DNA of 32,000 bases. Source: Aliivibrio fischeri ES114 (GTDB lineage Bacteria; Pseudomonadota; Gammaproteobacteria; Enterobacterales; Vibrionaceae). The notes below the pieces were generated by a model, which saw only the letters and a list, made by a program, of their open reading frames with translations, did not search any database and had not been told where the DNA came from. Made by a program: the position numbers and the translations under genes. Below, piece after piece: positions 18,152-29,489 of the stretch (its first letter is position 1; each line of letters starts with the position of its first letter). Location: assembly GCF_000011805.1 (NCBI RefSeq), contig NC_006841.2; one strand, written 5' to 3'.

Positions 18152-19480
18152 CTAAACCAATTCAGACTGAACTTGAGTAACTCGAACTTTATTCGCTTTA
18201 TTATTATCAATAGATAATACTTCAAAACTCCAGTCTTGATACTCTAAGGTATCTCCAACAGCAGGTACATTGCTTGTTAGCCACATAAACATTCCTGTCA
18301 GTGTTTGGTAATCCCCTTCTTTCTCTTCAGGTAAGGTCGCCAGATTTAAAGTATCTTTTAGCACTGTTGTCGGAATAGAACCGTCTAAAACCCATTCCGT
18401 TTCTGATACTTGATCAGCCCATGCATCATTTGGGTTTTCAGATTTAAACTCACCCGCTAACGCTTCTAGCAAATTCTTTTGCGTTACAATACCTTGAGCA
18501 TCACCATACTCATCTACCACTAAAGCAATCTCTTCACCCGTCGTTTTTAGCAACTCCAACAATTCACTGCCGTATTTTGTTTCTAAAATCGTTAAACAAG
18601 GTAATAAATTACGCATTAACCATTTGGTTCGATGTTCTTGATGCGCTGCTTTTAGTAAAAATCGTGATGTTGTAAATCCAAGAACATTATCCATTCCACC
18701 ACGTGTTACAGGGTAAATAGAATATTCTGAGCGCAATAATTTTGGTAAGTTCTCATCCCACGATTGCTCGGTGTCGAAATAAACCAATTCATTTCGTGGG
18801 ATCATGAGTGATGCAACTCGTCTATCATCTAATTGCAAGATATTGCGCACCATACTATGCTCATGCTTTTCAATAACACCTTGCTCAGAGCCTTCTGAAA
18901 GCAAAGCGTGAATATCATCTTCAGTAATCGATGCTTCATCGCTGTTTGAGCGACCTAATAAACGTAAAATCGCATCTGTTGAGATCGATAGTAAGAATAC
19001 AAATGGTCGAGAAACAGAAGCTAACATGCTGATCAATGGCGCTATAAGCGTTGCAATACGTTCTGCGTGAAATTGTGCTATACGTTTTGGAACAAGCTCA
19101 CCAACAACAATTGAGACATAGGTGATGATCACAACAGTCGACATAGTCGAAACGGTAGACGCTAATCCTGCTGGTACACCGAATGAAATAAGGAAATTTG
19201 AGATCGGGCCTGAAAATGCCGCCTCACCTAAGATACCATTTAAGATACCAATACCGGTAATACCTATCTGTACGGTAGATAAGAACTGAGTAGGCTCTTC
19301 GCCTAATTTAATCGCTTTAGCAGCTGACTTACTGCCTTCTGCTGCTAATTTCTGTAATCGACTCTTTTTTGCGGTCATGAGAGCAATCTCAGACATAGCA
19401 AACACACCATTAATCACAATTAGAAAAAGTAATATGGCAATATCCAATGTAAACCTCGAATTATTAAGTAATAAAAACAA
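18152..19480 (-). CDS. CNNM/CBS/CorC_HlyC-domain membrane protein (hemolysin-like family, YtfL-like)
   Basis: Four-TM CNNM region (MSEIALMTAKKSRLQKLA), CBS region (MIPRNELVYFDTE), C-terminal VDEYGDAQGIVTQKNLLEALAGE. Confidence 0.88.
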   Translation of the reverse strand: MFLLLNNSRFTLDIAILLFLIVINGVFAMSEIALMTAKKSRLQKLAAEGSKSAAKAIKLGEEPTQFLSTVQIGITGIGILNGILGEAAFSGPISNFLISFGVPAGLASTVSTMSTVVIITYVSIVVGELVPKRIAQFHAERIATLIAPLISMLASVSRPFVFLLSISTDAILRLLGRSNSDEASITEDDIHALLSEGSEQGVIEKHEHSMVRNILQLDDRRVASLMIPRNELVYFDTEQSWDENLPKLLRSEYSIYPVTRGGMDNVLGFTTSRFLLKAAHQEHRTKWLMRNLLPCLTILETKYGSELLELLKTTGEEIALVVDEYGDAQGIVTQKNLLEALAGEFKSENPNDAWADQVSETEWVLDGSIPTTVLKDTLNLATLPEEKEGDYQTLTGMFMWLTSNVPAVGDTLEYQDWSFEVLSIDNNKANKVRVTQVQSELV

Positions 19481-19524
19481 CGTACATACGTTATTATTTT
19501 CCTACTCTTATATGCCTGATTTAC

Positions 19525-19554
19525 AATAAGGTCAATAACTATATTGACCTTATT
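19525..19554. terminator. Terminator-like inverted repeat
   Basis: AATAAGGTCAATA-ACTA-TATTGACCTTATT, perfect 13-bp stem between ytfL-like and acetyltransferase genes. Confidence 0.6.
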
Positions 19555-19638
19555 TTAAGCACTTGTTAATGAATAAACATATAGTTACATTTCGTTATAC
19601 TTATCCATCTTAAACACCTAATTTTTAACTAACTCTTT

Positions 19639-20190
19639 TTATTTTTGATCAAGTCGTTTAATTAACTTGGCAGGCGTTCCACCGTACAAACAATCAGATG
19701 GCACATCATGGTTCACCACTGAATTTGCTGCAATAACAGAACGAGCCCCAATAGTAACGCCTTGATTAATCACTACACTACCACCAACCCACACATCATC
19801 TTCAATGACAATCGGTTTACAATAGGTTTCCCAACAACGACGGCTTTTATAATCTAAAGAATGTGAAGCCGTATAAAATTGAGCATTAGGACCAATTAAT
19901 ACATTATTACCAATCGTAATTTCTGCACCATCGAGCATGGTTACGTTCATATTAATAAACGTTTCGTTTCCTATTGAAATTGTCTTTCCAAATTCACAAA
20001 AGAACGGGGCTTGAATAAAACTCTGACCAAAGGCATTAAAGACATTTGGTAAAATAGATAACTTTTCTTTCGTTTCTGTACTTTGATTAAATTGTTGAAG
20101 GTACTTTTGTGTTTGGTTACGAATAGCGTCTATTTCAGGATCACCACCATCAAATACCAAACCACTTTTCATTTTTTCAAATTCGGTCAT
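19639..20190 (-). CDS. Hexapeptide-repeat acetyltransferase (maltose/galactoside O-acetyltransferase family)
   Basis: LbH repeats: IGNNVLIGPNAQFYTASHSLD, PIVIEDDVWVGGSVVINQGVTIGARSVIAANSVV, with the YGGTPAKLIK ending. Confidence 0.92.
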   Translation of the reverse strand: MTEFEKMKSGLVFDGGDPEIDAIRNQTQKYLQQFNQSTETKEKLSILPNVFNAFGQSFIQAPFFCEFGKTISIGNETFINMNVTMLDGAEITIGNNVLIGPNAQFYTASHSLDYKSRRCWETYCKPIVIEDDVWVGGSVVINQGVTIGARSVIAANSVVNHDVPSDCLYGGTPAKLIKRLDQK

Positions 20191-20210
20191 GCTAACTCCC
20201 TAAAAAGCAA

Positions 20211-20243
20211 AAATCGAATAGACCGTTAAAGTCTATTCGATTT
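20211..20243 (-). terminator. Rho-independent terminator of the MATE gene
   Basis: AAATCGAATAGAC-CGTTAAA-GTCTATTCGATTT, 13-bp perfect stem; on the - strand followed by TTGCTTTTT. Confidence 0.75.
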
Positions 20244-20297
20244 CTATAAAATAAAAAGAGTAAATATTGGAATAAAAAATTTCCTATTTTAAATACT

Positions 20298-21668
20298 CTA
20301 ATGACTCATGACCGATGTAGAAGTCAATGGTAATGGCTTGATAATCTTCTGGGTTTTCAAATGATTCCATACCATTGGTGCAATACAGATAATCAATGCA
20401 ATGTTTGATACTGGCATCGCTAACCAAACCCCATCAATTCCAAACCATTTAGGTAAGATAAGCAAAAATGGCAATTGAATAACGATATTACTAATTGATA
20501 TCACCATGGCTTTTTTGCCTTCATTTACGGACAAAAAGTAGATAGTAATCAATACAATCATGCCATCCAAGAACATCGCAAATAAGTGATAACGAATACC
20601 AACAATCGTTTCAGCAATCAGAGCTTTATCACCATTAGTAAACAAAGCCGTCGTTAGCTCTGGTGAAATATTTAAAATAGTCACCCAACCAATGCCAGTA
20701 ATGATTACCCACTTCAATGCAATCTTGAAGATTTGATAAACTTTTTTATTTTCTCTCGCACCAAAATAATAACTTATTGGTGGCTGTGCACCCTCAGCAA
20801 TACCTTGCGCAAGAAGGTAATAAAGCATAAATAAGTAACCAACAATGGCATAAGCCCCCACAGTCGTTGCTGAGCCGTAATACATCATTAACGCATTATG
20901 CATAGCAACAACAAAGCTGCCATACAAGTACATAACTAATGCCGACGCACCTAAAGAGAGAGATTGCTTTGCCTTATTCCAAGAAAATAGCACTTCTTGT
21001 AATGTGATCTGAATACTTGAACGCTGAGTAAAGAAATAACCAATACCCAAAACGGTCACACAAGCTTGAGCCATTAACGTTGCTAATGCCGCTCCAGAAA
21101 GCCCTAACCCCATCACACCAATAAATACGTAATCTAAAACAATATTAATTAATGCTCCAATAACGAGTAGAAATGTCGCAACATTTGGTGACTCATCATT
21201 ACGCACAAGCATAGGTAGAGCCGTTGCACATGCAGTAAAAAAACCACCAAACATAAGTACATTGATGTAATCCATTGCATAAGCAAAGTTTTGACCTTCC
21301 GCACCTTGTGCGAGCAATATGTCTTTTGCGAGTAACACAATACAGGAGATCGCAATGATGCTTAAAATCGCAAGTAACCAAAAACCTGTCGTTAACGCCA
21401 CTTTTGTTTTTTCTAATTTATTTTCGCCACGGTAAATAGACATAACACTGCCTGTTCCCATGCCAACCATGACACCAATAGCACCTAATATACAAATCGC
21501 AGGCCAAGCCATATTAATCCCAGCAAGACCTTCAAAACCAATGTAGTGACCAACAAAGATCCCATCAATAATTTGATACAGTCCACTCACCACCATTGCA
21601 GCAATAGAAGGAATAGCATAACGCCAAAAAGTACGTGTGATGGATGAATCTGCATGAAATGTTGTCAT
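20298..21668 (-). CDS. MATE-family efflux transporter
   Basis: FWRYAIPSIAAMVVSGLYQIIDGIFVGHYIGFEGLAGINMAWP; 12-TM-like. Start chosen at internal Met (21668) because the track start at 21740 adds an atypical leader. Confidence 0.88.
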   Translation of the reverse strand: MTTFHADSSITRTFWRYAIPSIAAMVVSGLYQIIDGIFVGHYIGFEGLAGINMAWPAICILGAIGVMVGMGTGSVMSIYRGENKLEKTKVALTTGFWLLAILSIIAISCIVLLAKDILLAQGAEGQNFAYAMDYINVLMFGGFFTACATALPMLVRNDESPNVATFLLVIGALINIVLDYVFIGVMGLGLSGAALATLMAQACVTVLGIGYFFTQRSSIQITLQEVLFSWNKAKQSLSLGASALVMYLYGSFVVAMHNALMMYYGSATTVGAYAIVGYLFMLYYLLAQGIAEGAQPPISYYFGARENKKVYQIFKIALKWVIITGIGWVTILNISPELTTALFTNGDKALIAETIVGIRYHLFAMFLDGMIVLITIYFLSVNEGKKAMVISISNIVIQLPFLLILPKWFGIDGVWLAMPVSNIALIICIAPMVWNHLKTQKIIKPLPLTSTSVMSH

Positions 21669-21872
21669 TTTAACCTCGGTAACAACAAAGAATGGCGTGA
21701 TTCTATGATACAATTTAAGATTGAAAAAGTTAGTATCCATCTCTTTATCGGATGGATGAGTATAAATTATAGACTATTCTTATTTTCCTCTTATTGACAC
21801 ATAAAAACTGTGTTATAAGCTTATGAAATAGATAAAAATATTTCTGTAAATACAGACACAAAGGGTAAATTT

Positions 21873-22316
21873 ATGATTTCTAAATGGGCAAAAAGATTCT
21901 TCCAAATGGCAGAATTAGTCGGTTCTTGGAGTAAAGACCCGTCGACTCAAGTTGGTGCAGTAATCACCAAGCATAACCGTATTGTTTCTGTTGGATTTAA
22001 TGGCTACCCACATGGTGTATCAGACAGTGCAGATACAGATGAACGTGAAATTAAATATTTAAAAACACTTCATGCTGAAGAAAATGCCATTTTATTTGCC
22101 AAGCGTGATTTAGAAGGTTGCGATATTTGGGTTACTCACTTCCCTTGTCCAAACTGCGCAGCAAAAATCATCCAAACAGGAATATCAAAAGTATATTGCC
22201 CTGAACAAACTGAAGACTTCTTATCTCGTTGGGGTGAAAAAATTCAAGTTAGCCAAGATATGTTCTCTCAGGCGGGAGTTGAAGTCACTTGGTTACCTTT
22301 AGACACGTTAAAATAA
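21873..22316 (+). CDS. Deoxycytidylate (dCMP) deaminase family protein
   Basis: Zinc motifs HAEENAILFA and PCPNCAAKI; STQVGAVI. Confidence 0.9.
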   Translation: MISKWAKRFFQMAELVGSWSKDPSTQVGAVITKHNRIVSVGFNGYPHGVSDSADTDEREIKYLKTLHAEENAILFAKRDLEGCDIWVTHFPCPNCAAKIIQTGISKVYCPEQTEDFLSRWGEKIQVSQDMFSQAGVEVTWLPLDTLK

Positions 22317-22317
22317 T

Positions 22318-22346
22318 AAAAAGCCGGATTAATAATCCGGCTTTTT
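22318..22346. terminator. Bidirectional terminator between the dCMP deaminase-like gene and luxG
   Basis: AAAAAGCCGGATT-AAT-AATCCGGCTTTTT. Confidence 0.9.
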
Positions 22347-22356
22347 TATATTCTCT

Positions 22357-23067
22357 TTATATGTATGCAAAAGCATCGGCAAACATCTGTTCTGACTTCG
22401 CTTTTTTCTCTTCAATTAATTTTTCTTTTGCAGTTTTAGCCATCATGAAAGGCCCACAAACATAAATATCAAAATGGGTGAGTTCAGTAAAATCTTCCAT
22501 AACAGCATCAAGAACAGTGCCTTTTTTCCCTATCCATTCTTCATTTTTATCTTCAATAACAGGAATATAATGAAAGTTTTTATTATTTAATGATAAATTT
22601 AGTAACTCTTCATCTTCATACAAAAAGGAACTGTCTTTTACTCCCCAGTAAAGATATATATCCTGAGTGAACCCTTTACTTAAGCAATTTTTTAAAATAC
22701 TACTTATGTAAGATAATCCTGTTCCTTCAGCAATCAATAGCAACGTTTTTTCGCTTTCTTCACGCCACCAAGCATCCCCATATGGTACATCTATCTTTAT
22801 TACAGATTCTTCAACTAAAGCGTTAAGAAAATACTCAATAGCATCTAATGATTTCTCTCTATCAGAGCCACCTACATGTAACTCAATCTCATCTTTTTTT
22901 GTTGGGCAACTCGCAATTGAGAATGGTCGTTTTTCATTATCAAAATCAACAACGACATATTGTCCAGCTTTAAAATCAATCGGATTATTTGGTGTAATAA
23001 ACACTTTGTATATATTGTTTCTGATTGATGCTAATATCACTTTCTTAACTTTCCCATCAATACTCAT
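22357..23067 (-). CDS. luxG: LuxG, NAD(P)H-flavin reductase
   Basis: Ferredoxin reductase-like sequence (RPFSIASCPTKKDEIELHVGG, YICGPFMMAKTAKEKL) at the end of the lux operon. Confidence 0.96.
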   Translation of the reverse strand: MSIDGKVKKVILASIRNNIYKVFITPNNPIDFKAGQYVVVDFDNEKRPFSIASCPTKKDEIELHVGGSDREKSLDAIEYFLNALVEESVIKIDVPYGDAWWREESEKTLLLIAEGTGLSYISSILKNCLSKGFTQDIYLYWGVKDSSFLYEDEELLNLSLNNKNFHYIPVIEDKNEEWIGKKGTVLDAVMEDFTELTHFDIYVCGPFMMAKTAKEKLIEEKKAKSEQMFADAFAYI

Positions 23068-23076
23068 AAATCTCCC

Positions 23077-24207
23077 CTAAATAGTACTTTGAATAAAACT
23101 TGCCATAGAAAGAGCACATCCCTTTTGCGCACGTGTATTTAAACGTCGAACAATTTCAACTGTTACCCCAGGGTAAGGATCTGGTTCTCTTATTTCTCTA
23201 ACAATACCGATATCATCAGTAACAATAAAAGCAGGGTAAGCAGTCGATGAGGCGTCCATATAACTTAACAACCCGAGCTCACCGTCGGCTACGGGTTTCA
23301 AGGTTTCAGGATCAAGAGCCCGAGCATACACCCACGGTGGAACATGTTTTCTTTGAAATTCATCCTCAAAAAAACAAGTATTAAGTTCTACCTGATTAAA
23401 TGTATCTCTAATCTGATTAACATTATCTAATTGGAAAGTATCCATAATTAACTGATTAAAGTCTTGACGATTCAAAGAGCTGTTCTCATTAGACTTCCAC
23501 CCTCCACCAGTAATAACATGTAATCTATTTTCTCCTTTAAATTCAATATTGTTTTCTTTCATATATTGGCATAAGAGACTGACAAAAAATGGAGGACCAA
23601 TTAAGCAAATATCTTTATTACTATTATTAATCCTATATAAATGGTTTACTGTTTCTTCGAAATCAATCTTATCGTTGTTAACGGTAAATACTGTAGGATA
23701 AAGTAGCTCAACTAAACTCATTACATATTTAAACCACACATTACTTGCGCTAAATCGATCAGGACCTAGATTCACTAACTCCATCTGATGTTCAAACCAA
23801 TTTCCGACATACTTCATTCCAAAATTAACCGAACCAAGCAACCGCTCAATGCTAAGACGATCACGAGCAATACAACTTTTAATCCCCTGCGTTCCACTAC
23901 TTGTATGCCAATTCTCAATATCCCCCATACTTACAGTATGAAACTTCATATGTTTGAATATTGATGTTGGAAAAACTGGTATTTCATCAATTGAATGCAA
24001 ATTCTCGTTTATATGCTGACTTATACAATAATTCCGATACTTTTCATTCCTGTTGTAATGAAAATGAAAAGCCTCTCTAACCAGCTTATCTTGTATTTCT
24101 TTTTGCTCTTCAAGTGACCACTCTTGTGGAGCACTCATAAATATAAGATCATCTATTTCAGAACTCGCAATGATTTGATTTTTTTTATATTCAATATGAT
24201 TAGTCAT
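23077..24207 (-). CDS. luxE: LuxE, acyl-protein synthetase
   Basis: [23 protein letters not shown]...; [11 protein letters not shown] motif. ATG at 24207 is preceded by an AGGA RBS and is preferred over the track start at 24240. Confidence 0.97.
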   Translation of the reverse strand: MTNHIEYKKNQIIASSEIDDLIFMSAPQEWSLEEQKEIQDKLVREAFHFHYNRNEKYRNYCISQHINENLHSIDEIPVFPTSIFKHMKFHTVSMGDIENWHTSSGTQGIKSCIARDRLSIERLLGSVNFGMKYVGNWFEHQMELVNLGPDRFSASNVWFKYVMSLVELLYPTVFTVNNDKIDFEETVNHLYRINNSNKDICLIGPPFFVSLLCQYMKENNIEFKGENRLHVITGGGWKSNENSSLNRQDFNQLIMDTFQLDNVNQIRDTFNQVELNTCFFEDEFQRKHVPPWVYARALDPETLKPVADGELGLLSYMDASSTAYPAFIVTDDIGIVREIREPDPYPGVTVEIVRRLNTRAQKGCALSMASFIQSTI

Positions 24208-24285
24208 ATCTATCCTAATAATAGCTAACGTCAACAACACTCGATAAATAATGGCAATTTAACCTAAAATATTATCCTCAATCTA

Positions 24286-25266
24286 TTAAGGCAGATTCTT
24301 TTCGATTTTCTGATTCAACATATCAATAATATCTTTTACATCATTAATATCATTCATTGACTCAAAGGATAATAAAATATTTTTAGCCCCTGTTTTTTCC
24401 ACTGCTAATTTTGTCGATTCATAATAGTCATTATGAGTACCAACAGCATTCTCTTCAATAATACAGTTAATTTTTTCATCCCTACTAATATGAGGGTAGG
24501 TTTCAGTAATATAGCCTTTTAAATACTCTCTCACTTCTTCTTGAGCCGTATTTTTATCAGTATTTAAGTTCACAATCACCGTTAATTGATGATCAACGTC
24601 TGAAATATCTACGCCATATTGTTGAGCTGTTTTATTATAAAGTACTGCGTAACGTTCTTTAACTTCTAGGTTATCATCCCACTTAAAAATTAGAGATAAT
24701 GCCTTTTTCGCAGCCCATTTAACCACTTCTTTTGATGTAGCTAATACATATTGCTTAGGGCCATTTTCACTATAACAATGTGGATGAACTGAAATTTTGG
24801 GAAAATTATAAAAATCATTCTGTGGATGACAATATCCTGTAGTTAATGCTTCATTAATAACGTCATAACATGCTTCAAATTGTTGCTGACGAGATGGAAT
24901 ATGACGCTTAAAAAATTCCATTTCAAAATCATTTTCACAATCACTAAAACCAAGAACAAAACGCCCTTCAGACATTTGATCCAACACGCCAACCTCTTCC
25001 GCAACTCGTACCGGGTGATGAGTTGTTATTACTTGATTTAATGAGCCAATACGTAATCGGTTCGTTAAACCAAGTAAAAAGCCTGCAGCAGTGATAGGAG
25101 CCCCAACAATACCATTTCGAGAAAAGTGGTGTTCACATACAAAAGCAGAATCAAAATGATAATCATCAGAATCAATTAAAGTGACAGTATCAACCATACA
25201 ATTTAACGTTTCCTCCGATGTTATCCCATTCTTCTGAAAGTTGAGAAAAAATAATCCAAAATTCAT
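24286..25266 (-). CDS. luxB: LuxB, luciferase beta subunit
   Basis: [32 protein letters not shown]..., paralog of the upstream luxA gene. Confidence 0.98.
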   Translation of the reverse strand: MNFGLFFLNFQKNGITSEETLNCMVDTVTLIDSDDYHFDSAFVCEHHFSRNGIVGAPITAAGFLLGLTNRLRIGSLNQVITTHHPVRVAEEVGVLDQMSEGRFVLGFSDCENDFEMEFFKRHIPSRQQQFEACYDVINEALTTGYCHPQNDFYNFPKISVHPHCYSENGPKQYVLATSKEVVKWAAKKALSLIFKWDDNLEVKERYAVLYNKTAQQYGVDISDVDHQLTVIVNLNTDKNTAQEEVREYLKGYITETYPHISRDEKINCIIEENAVGTHNDYYESTKLAVEKTGAKNILLSFESMNDINDVKDIIDMLNQKIEKNLP

Positions 25267-25276
25267 AATATATTCC

Positions 25277-26344
25277 TTATTTTTGAGGTTCTTTTAAGAA
25301 AGGGGCAACCTTGGTCATGAAGAGTTCCATCGAAGCAATAATTTCTTCTTCAGTGCCATTAGCCTCAAAACCACAGGTGACGTTAGTAATACCAGTCGCA
25401 TCAATATCACGCTGAATAATCTCAAGGCACTCTGCAGGAGTTCCAACAGGATTAAGTCCATGACTATAATCAACACGTCGATTCGTATCAGTATGACCTT
25501 GTAATACAAAATCTCTCCACTGGCCTTTGTGATAATCGTAACCTCGAGTTTGATCACTATCATTAAAAATGTTGGTTGCATTTACATAAGAATCGTAAAA
25601 ACTGATCAAGAACTTCCGACATACCTCACGAGCTCTATCCCCATCTTCGTGAACGGAACAAATATAGGTTAAACAATGATCAATCTTACTTATGTCGTGG
25701 CCATGTTCTGTCGCTATTTCATTATATAGCTCCATTTGTGTTTTTTTCTCATTTGTTCCTATAATCCAACTAAGTACCATTGGCATCCCTTGCCTTGCTA
25801 GCCACTCAGTAGTACTAGCTGACTCCGCTGTCATACAAGTCCTAATTTCTTTAGAGTACTTTGTTGGATAAACATTAACGTCTGGAAAATCAATATGTTT
25901 ACTATTACTATGGATCGCTCCTTCATCAAAGCTCTTCATTATCATCTGATGAAAATCTTGTGTTATTTCACGAGATTCTTCCATATTGACCCCAAAGACC
26001 CGAAAATCCTTGTGATATAGGCCTCTAACAACACCAAAATTAAATCGACCTTTAGAAAGTTGATCTAACAGCAATACATCCTCTGCTTGCCGTACGGGGT
26101 GAGCAGTAGGTACAACGACCCCCATAGTTCCTACTTTCAATGTTTTTGTTCTTCCTAATAAATTAGCAGCGGAAACAAACAAGCTCCCAGTTAAACCGAA
26201 TTCAGTAAAATGATGTTCTAACGTCCAATATGTATCAAAACCAAGCTCTTCAGAAACGCTCCCTAGTCTCACAAAACGATCCATTATCTGCTTATGAGTT
26301 TCGCCTGGTGGCTGATACGAAAAATAAATGTTACCAAACTTCAT
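25277..26344 (-). CDS. luxA: LuxA, luciferase alpha subunit
   Basis: [50 protein letters not shown]..., 355 aa. Confidence 0.98.
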   Translation of the reverse strand: MKFGNIYFSYQPPGETHKQIMDRFVRLGSVSEELGFDTYWTLEHHFTEFGLTGSLFVSAANLLGRTKTLKVGTMGVVVPTAHPVRQAEDVLLLDQLSKGRFNFGVVRGLYHKDFRVFGVNMEESREITQDFHQMIMKSFDEGAIHSNSKHIDFPDVNVYPTKYSKEIRTCMTAESASTTEWLARQGMPMVLSWIIGTNEKKTQMELYNEIATEHGHDISKIDHCLTYICSVHEDGDRAREVCRKFLISFYDSYVNATNIFNDSDQTRGYDYHKGQWRDFVLQGHTDTNRRVDYSHGLNPVGTPAECLEIIQRDIDATGITNVTCGFEANGTEEEIIASMELFMTKVAPFLKEPQK

Positions 26345-26366
26345 TATCTCTATTCCTTCTTAATAA

Positions 26367-27290
26367 TTAGGCTAATTCCAATAGCTCATTCTCTATTTTA
26401 TTTCTTAATCTTCGCTCTTTAACTGTTGTACTTGTCAAGTCTTCAAACCCTGGTTCAACTATTTCAATATCTAAATCTAATGAACCTTTATCTAAAGCCA
26501 CTGCAGCTCTGGTAACTGACTCATAAAAATTCCTCAAAACCACAAGATTCTCACCGAGATCGTGAGAACTTCCAATTAGTGAATAGAGCTTACATTGAGT
26601 GGTATCAATATTATCAATCATCTTTTCCACGTCACTTTGGTTAACCCAACTATCACCATTCGCCGTAAATGCAATAAATGGAATATTTAGTCCTTGCACT
26701 GCCTTAAATGTCGAGCCTAACGTGTCCCATTCATTTTTAAGACAGTCAGTCACAAAAACCTTAGAGCCTAAATTATGACCTTCAAAATCAAGATCATCTG
26801 GCAATTCGTCAATAGGTAATCGTAAATAGTCATACTTTAAAGCCTTCTCTAAAGTATCCTGTAAATTTACAACACCGACCGCAGTAATAAGGAACGATGC
26901 ATCAATATCGTTTATTACCTCATAAGCAATTCGAGCTGATAGACTTGCCGCAATAATACCTAGGTTTTGAATCCCTTTAGCTCTTAACCAACCAACGACA
27001 ATAAGTAAACTATGTTTACCTATTGACATCGAAAATTCATCTATTTGGCCACTACTTAAACCAACATGGTGTAAGGAATCATAGCGGATAACACGGAAAC
27101 CATTGCTAGACAAATACTCAGCAAGACCAGCAAAGTGATCCATCCTCCGAGCAAAACCTGCAGCAATAACAATGGTACTATTTTTTTTATGAGTATCACT
27201 CTTAGGAGGAGTCTCCCAAACCCGGATGGACTGACCATTTTCAAGCTCAATAATATGATCAATCGTGAAAAAGCTACTTTCATCTTTCAT
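26367..27290 (-). CDS. luxD: LuxD, acyl transferase (thioesterase)
   Basis: IVIAAGFARRMDHFAGLAEYLSSNGFRVIRYDSLHHVGLSSG; nucleophile region ASLSARIAYE. Confidence 0.98.
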   Translation of the reverse strand: MKDESSFFTIDHIIELENGQSIRVWETPPKSDTHKKNSTIVIAAGFARRMDHFAGLAEYLSSNGFRVIRYDSLHHVGLSSGQIDEFSMSIGKHSLLIVVGWLRAKGIQNLGIIAASLSARIAYEVINDIDASFLITAVGVVNLQDTLEKALKYDYLRLPIDELPDDLDFEGHNLGSKVFVTDCLKNEWDTLGSTFKAVQGLNIPFIAFTANGDSWVNQSDVEKMIDNIDTTQCKLYSLIGSSHDLGENLVVLRNFYESVTRAAVALDKGSLDLDIEIVEPGFEDLTSTTVKERRLRNKIENELLELA

Positions 27291-27305
27291 ATAATTTCCT
27301 TTTAA

Positions 27306-28745
27306 CTATGGGACAAAAACCAAAAATTTGTCTTCTTCTAAGTAACGCGTTTGTTCAATTTCAACCGCAACATCCTTGGTTGTATAATGAAATGGTCTTT
27401 CATGGGAGGTAAACCTAACTAAATACTGGAGAGGAGATAATGAATCATGTGCTCCTCCAACTCTGAAAATATTATTCATTCCTGATTCAACGATTCTCTC
27501 AGCACCACTCATCGCTAATTTGTCTCTATATTTCAGTGAAGCCTCCCAAGGGTAAATAGAGACGGTTTGTGTACTATTTTTATTTACAAAAGGAAGCACC
27601 TCATTAATATCAGAGACTTGATGTATATACACGCTTCGAGATAATGGCTGATTTCCAGAGCTATTTGTAGGAGATATAATCATTAACCAAGCTTGGTTAT
27701 CCCCCTTTTTTACGTCATATCCAGCAAATATTCCCTCTCTTTCGGTAAGAGAAAACGCCGCTTTTTCATCAAAATTTTTTAAACCTTTTGGTAAAATCTT
27801 TGCGTATCGATCTAGCTGTTTTTCAAGTTCACTTAAAAATAAAGGCAAATGTTCTCCGATATAATAAACGTCTTGAGTTGAGAAGCAGGCTTGCTGATCA
27901 TAGAAACAGATATCATGGGCAACCCCCATTGCAGCTTCCTCCATGTCTTCAGGCTCCTCAATAATGCTTAAACTTTTCTTTGGTCCAAATTTAAGAACAT
28001 CGGCATGCGGTGGTGAGTGTTTTGCCGCCCATTTAATCGCCTCTTCTCCTCCCCAAGCAATAACAATGTCTGCATGATTCATAATTCTTTGAGGTAGAGT
28101 CATATCTTCATTATGCGGCCAATACATAACAGACATTGATTTAGTTATTGGATGCTCTGCATTAACATCAATAAAACTCGAAGCCAAAGCCGTTGCAGTA
28201 AACGGATCTGAAGAAGAGGTTTTAATTATGCATTCATTTTTTGTCAAAATAGCACGCAAAATAGATGTCACCCCTGATAGTGGAACATTACCAGCCAACA
28301 AGTGAATAGAAACACCTTTTGCTTGTGCTTTAACATAGCAATCACCACGCGGAAGCCATTCATCCAACACGTGTATAGATCCCAAATCGTAATTAACAAT
28401 GTCATACAAAGCACTTTTAGAACACAATAACATAGCTATCCAATTGGCTTCTAATCTAGCCATTTCATCAGAATATCCAAGATATTTTTTTAACTCACGA
28501 ATATAAGTTCGTCTTCGATTATATTCTTCATTTTTCCATCGTTGACCTACGGTATATAGGAAATTTACAATCTGATTTAAGTTAAGATCAACTTTTTCTT
28601 TAGAATTTAATGATCTTAAAACTGAATCTTCAGTAAGAAGAGATAATTTAATTTTATTACCACTATCTAAATTTATTTCTTTACAAGCGTTATTATCAAA
28701 ATCTTGAACTACGCCTTTAATTATCATCGGAATACATTTAATCAT
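27306..28745 (-). CDS. luxC: LuxC, fatty acyl-CoA reductase
   Basis: 479 aa; [33 protein letters not shown]; [12 protein letters not shown] catalytic cysteine region. Confidence 0.98.
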   Translation of the reverse strand: MIKCIPMIIKGVVQDFDNNACKEINLDSGNKIKLSLLTEDSVLRSLNSKEKVDLNLNQIVNFLYTVGQRWKNEEYNRRRTYIRELKKYLGYSDEMARLEANWIAMLLCSKSALYDIVNYDLGSIHVLDEWLPRGDCYVKAQAKGVSIHLLAGNVPLSGVTSILRAILTKNECIIKTSSSDPFTATALASSFIDVNAEHPITKSMSVMYWPHNEDMTLPQRIMNHADIVIAWGGEEAIKWAAKHSPPHADVLKFGPKKSLSIIEEPEDMEEAAMGVAHDICFYDQQACFSTQDVYYIGEHLPLFLSELEKQLDRYAKILPKGLKNFDEKAAFSLTEREGIFAGYDVKKGDNQAWLMIISPTNSSGNQPLSRSVYIHQVSDINEVLPFVNKNSTQTVSIYPWEASLKYRDKLAMSGAERIVESGMNNIFRVGGAHDSLSPLQYLVRFTSHERPFHYTTKDVAVEIEQTRYLEEDKFLVFVP

Positions 28746-28782
28746 TATTTCCCCTACTAACTATATGTATTATGTTCGAGTA

Positions 28783-29364
28783 TTAATTTGATACAGCTTT
28801 TCTAAACTGATCATTAATAGGCATAGACAATACAACAGATCTAGTATTACCTAATAAATGAATCTCCTTATCACCAATGCGATGACAAGGAACTTTAATA
28901 CGTTTCAGAAATCGCTCTATTGCTATTGATGTTACTGTTACATATTCTGTAATACCTTGACTAACTGCGTGTTTATATATAGCTTGAAACAATTTCATTG
29001 TTATTTCACTAGCAGAGTTATTTATTTTTGAGCTATTTTTTCCCACAGCAAAACGGCTTAATTCGACTATATTTGGATCTCTTGGGGCTACTTGATCTCC
29101 GAGCAATTCAGGAAAAACAGTTTTTAACATGTAATCACCCGTTGTAGGTAACAAACGCCAACAGCCATTTACCTCTTCCGCATCATCACAAGCATAAATA
29201 TATTCTGCATTTGAGTTATCATATTCATCTGATTCAAGATTATCCTCACTTACCAAGTCCCACTCCAGTCTTCGTTTAAATACCTGATAACGAAGACTAA
29301 GAATACCTCTATACTCCTCTGATGGAATGCCCAAAAAGTCCGATTTTTTTATCATTACAGCCAT
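28783..29364 (-). CDS. luxI: LuxI, acyl-homoserine lactone synthase
   Basis: LRYQVFKRRLEWDL, GCWRLLPTTGDYMLKTVFPELL, ELSRFAVGK; first gene of the operon and divergent from luxR. Confidence 0.98.
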   Translation of the reverse strand: MAVMIKKSDFLGIPSEEYRGILSLRYQVFKRRLEWDLVSEDNLESDEYDNSNAEYIYACDDAEEVNGCWRLLPTTGDYMLKTVFPELLGDQVAPRDPNIVELSRFAVGKNSSKINNSASEITMKLFQAIYKHAVSQGITEYVTVTSIAIERFLKRIKVPCHRIGDKEIHLLGNTRSVVLSMPINDQFRKAVSN

Positions 29365-29386
29365 GCAACCTCTCTTATTTTACATG

Positions 29387-29392
29387 ATCATA
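29387..29392 (-). promoter_or_regulatory. Probable -10 element of the luxI promoter (TATGAT)
   Basis: On the - strand TATGAT lies 21 nt downstream of the lux box, so the lux box centre falls near -43 of the predicted start, matching the known class II-like arrangement. Confidence 0.65.
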
Positions 29393-29413
29393 ACAAACTG
29401 ATGCATTACGGAA

Positions 29414-29433
29414 ACCTGTACCATCCTACAGCT
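29414..29433 (-). promoter_or_regulatory. lux box (LuxR-AHL binding site) for luxICDABEG
   Basis: + strand ACCTGTACCATCCTACAGCT; - strand AGCTGTAGGATGGTACAGGT. 20-bp imperfect dyad close to the canonical A. fischeri ACCTGTAGGATCGTACAGGT. Confidence 0.92.
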
Positions 29434-29467
29434 GCAATGTTAACACCACGTTTCCACCAAGATGCAT

Positions 29468-29489
29468 AAATGTGACCCAGATCGAATTA
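29468..29489 (+). promoter_or_regulatory. CRP-binding site in the luxR-luxI intergenic region
   Basis: AAATGTGACCCAGATCGAATTA: strong left half TGTGA and weaker right half. cAMP-CRP control of luxR is established for this region. Confidence 0.75.

Noticed and set aside
21149-21381. Small - strand ORFs (68 and 60 aa) inside the MATE gene
   Set aside because: Alternate-frame artefacts of the MATE coding sequence.
23688-23707. Lux box-like string around ACTGTAGGATAAAGTAGCT inside luxE
   Set aside because: Only the left half resembles the lux box and it is intragenic; likely chance.
25315-27283. ORFs 25315..25581 and 27056..27283 on the - strand inside lux genes
   Set aside because: Alternate frames of luxA and luxD, same strand as the real genes, no domain evidence.
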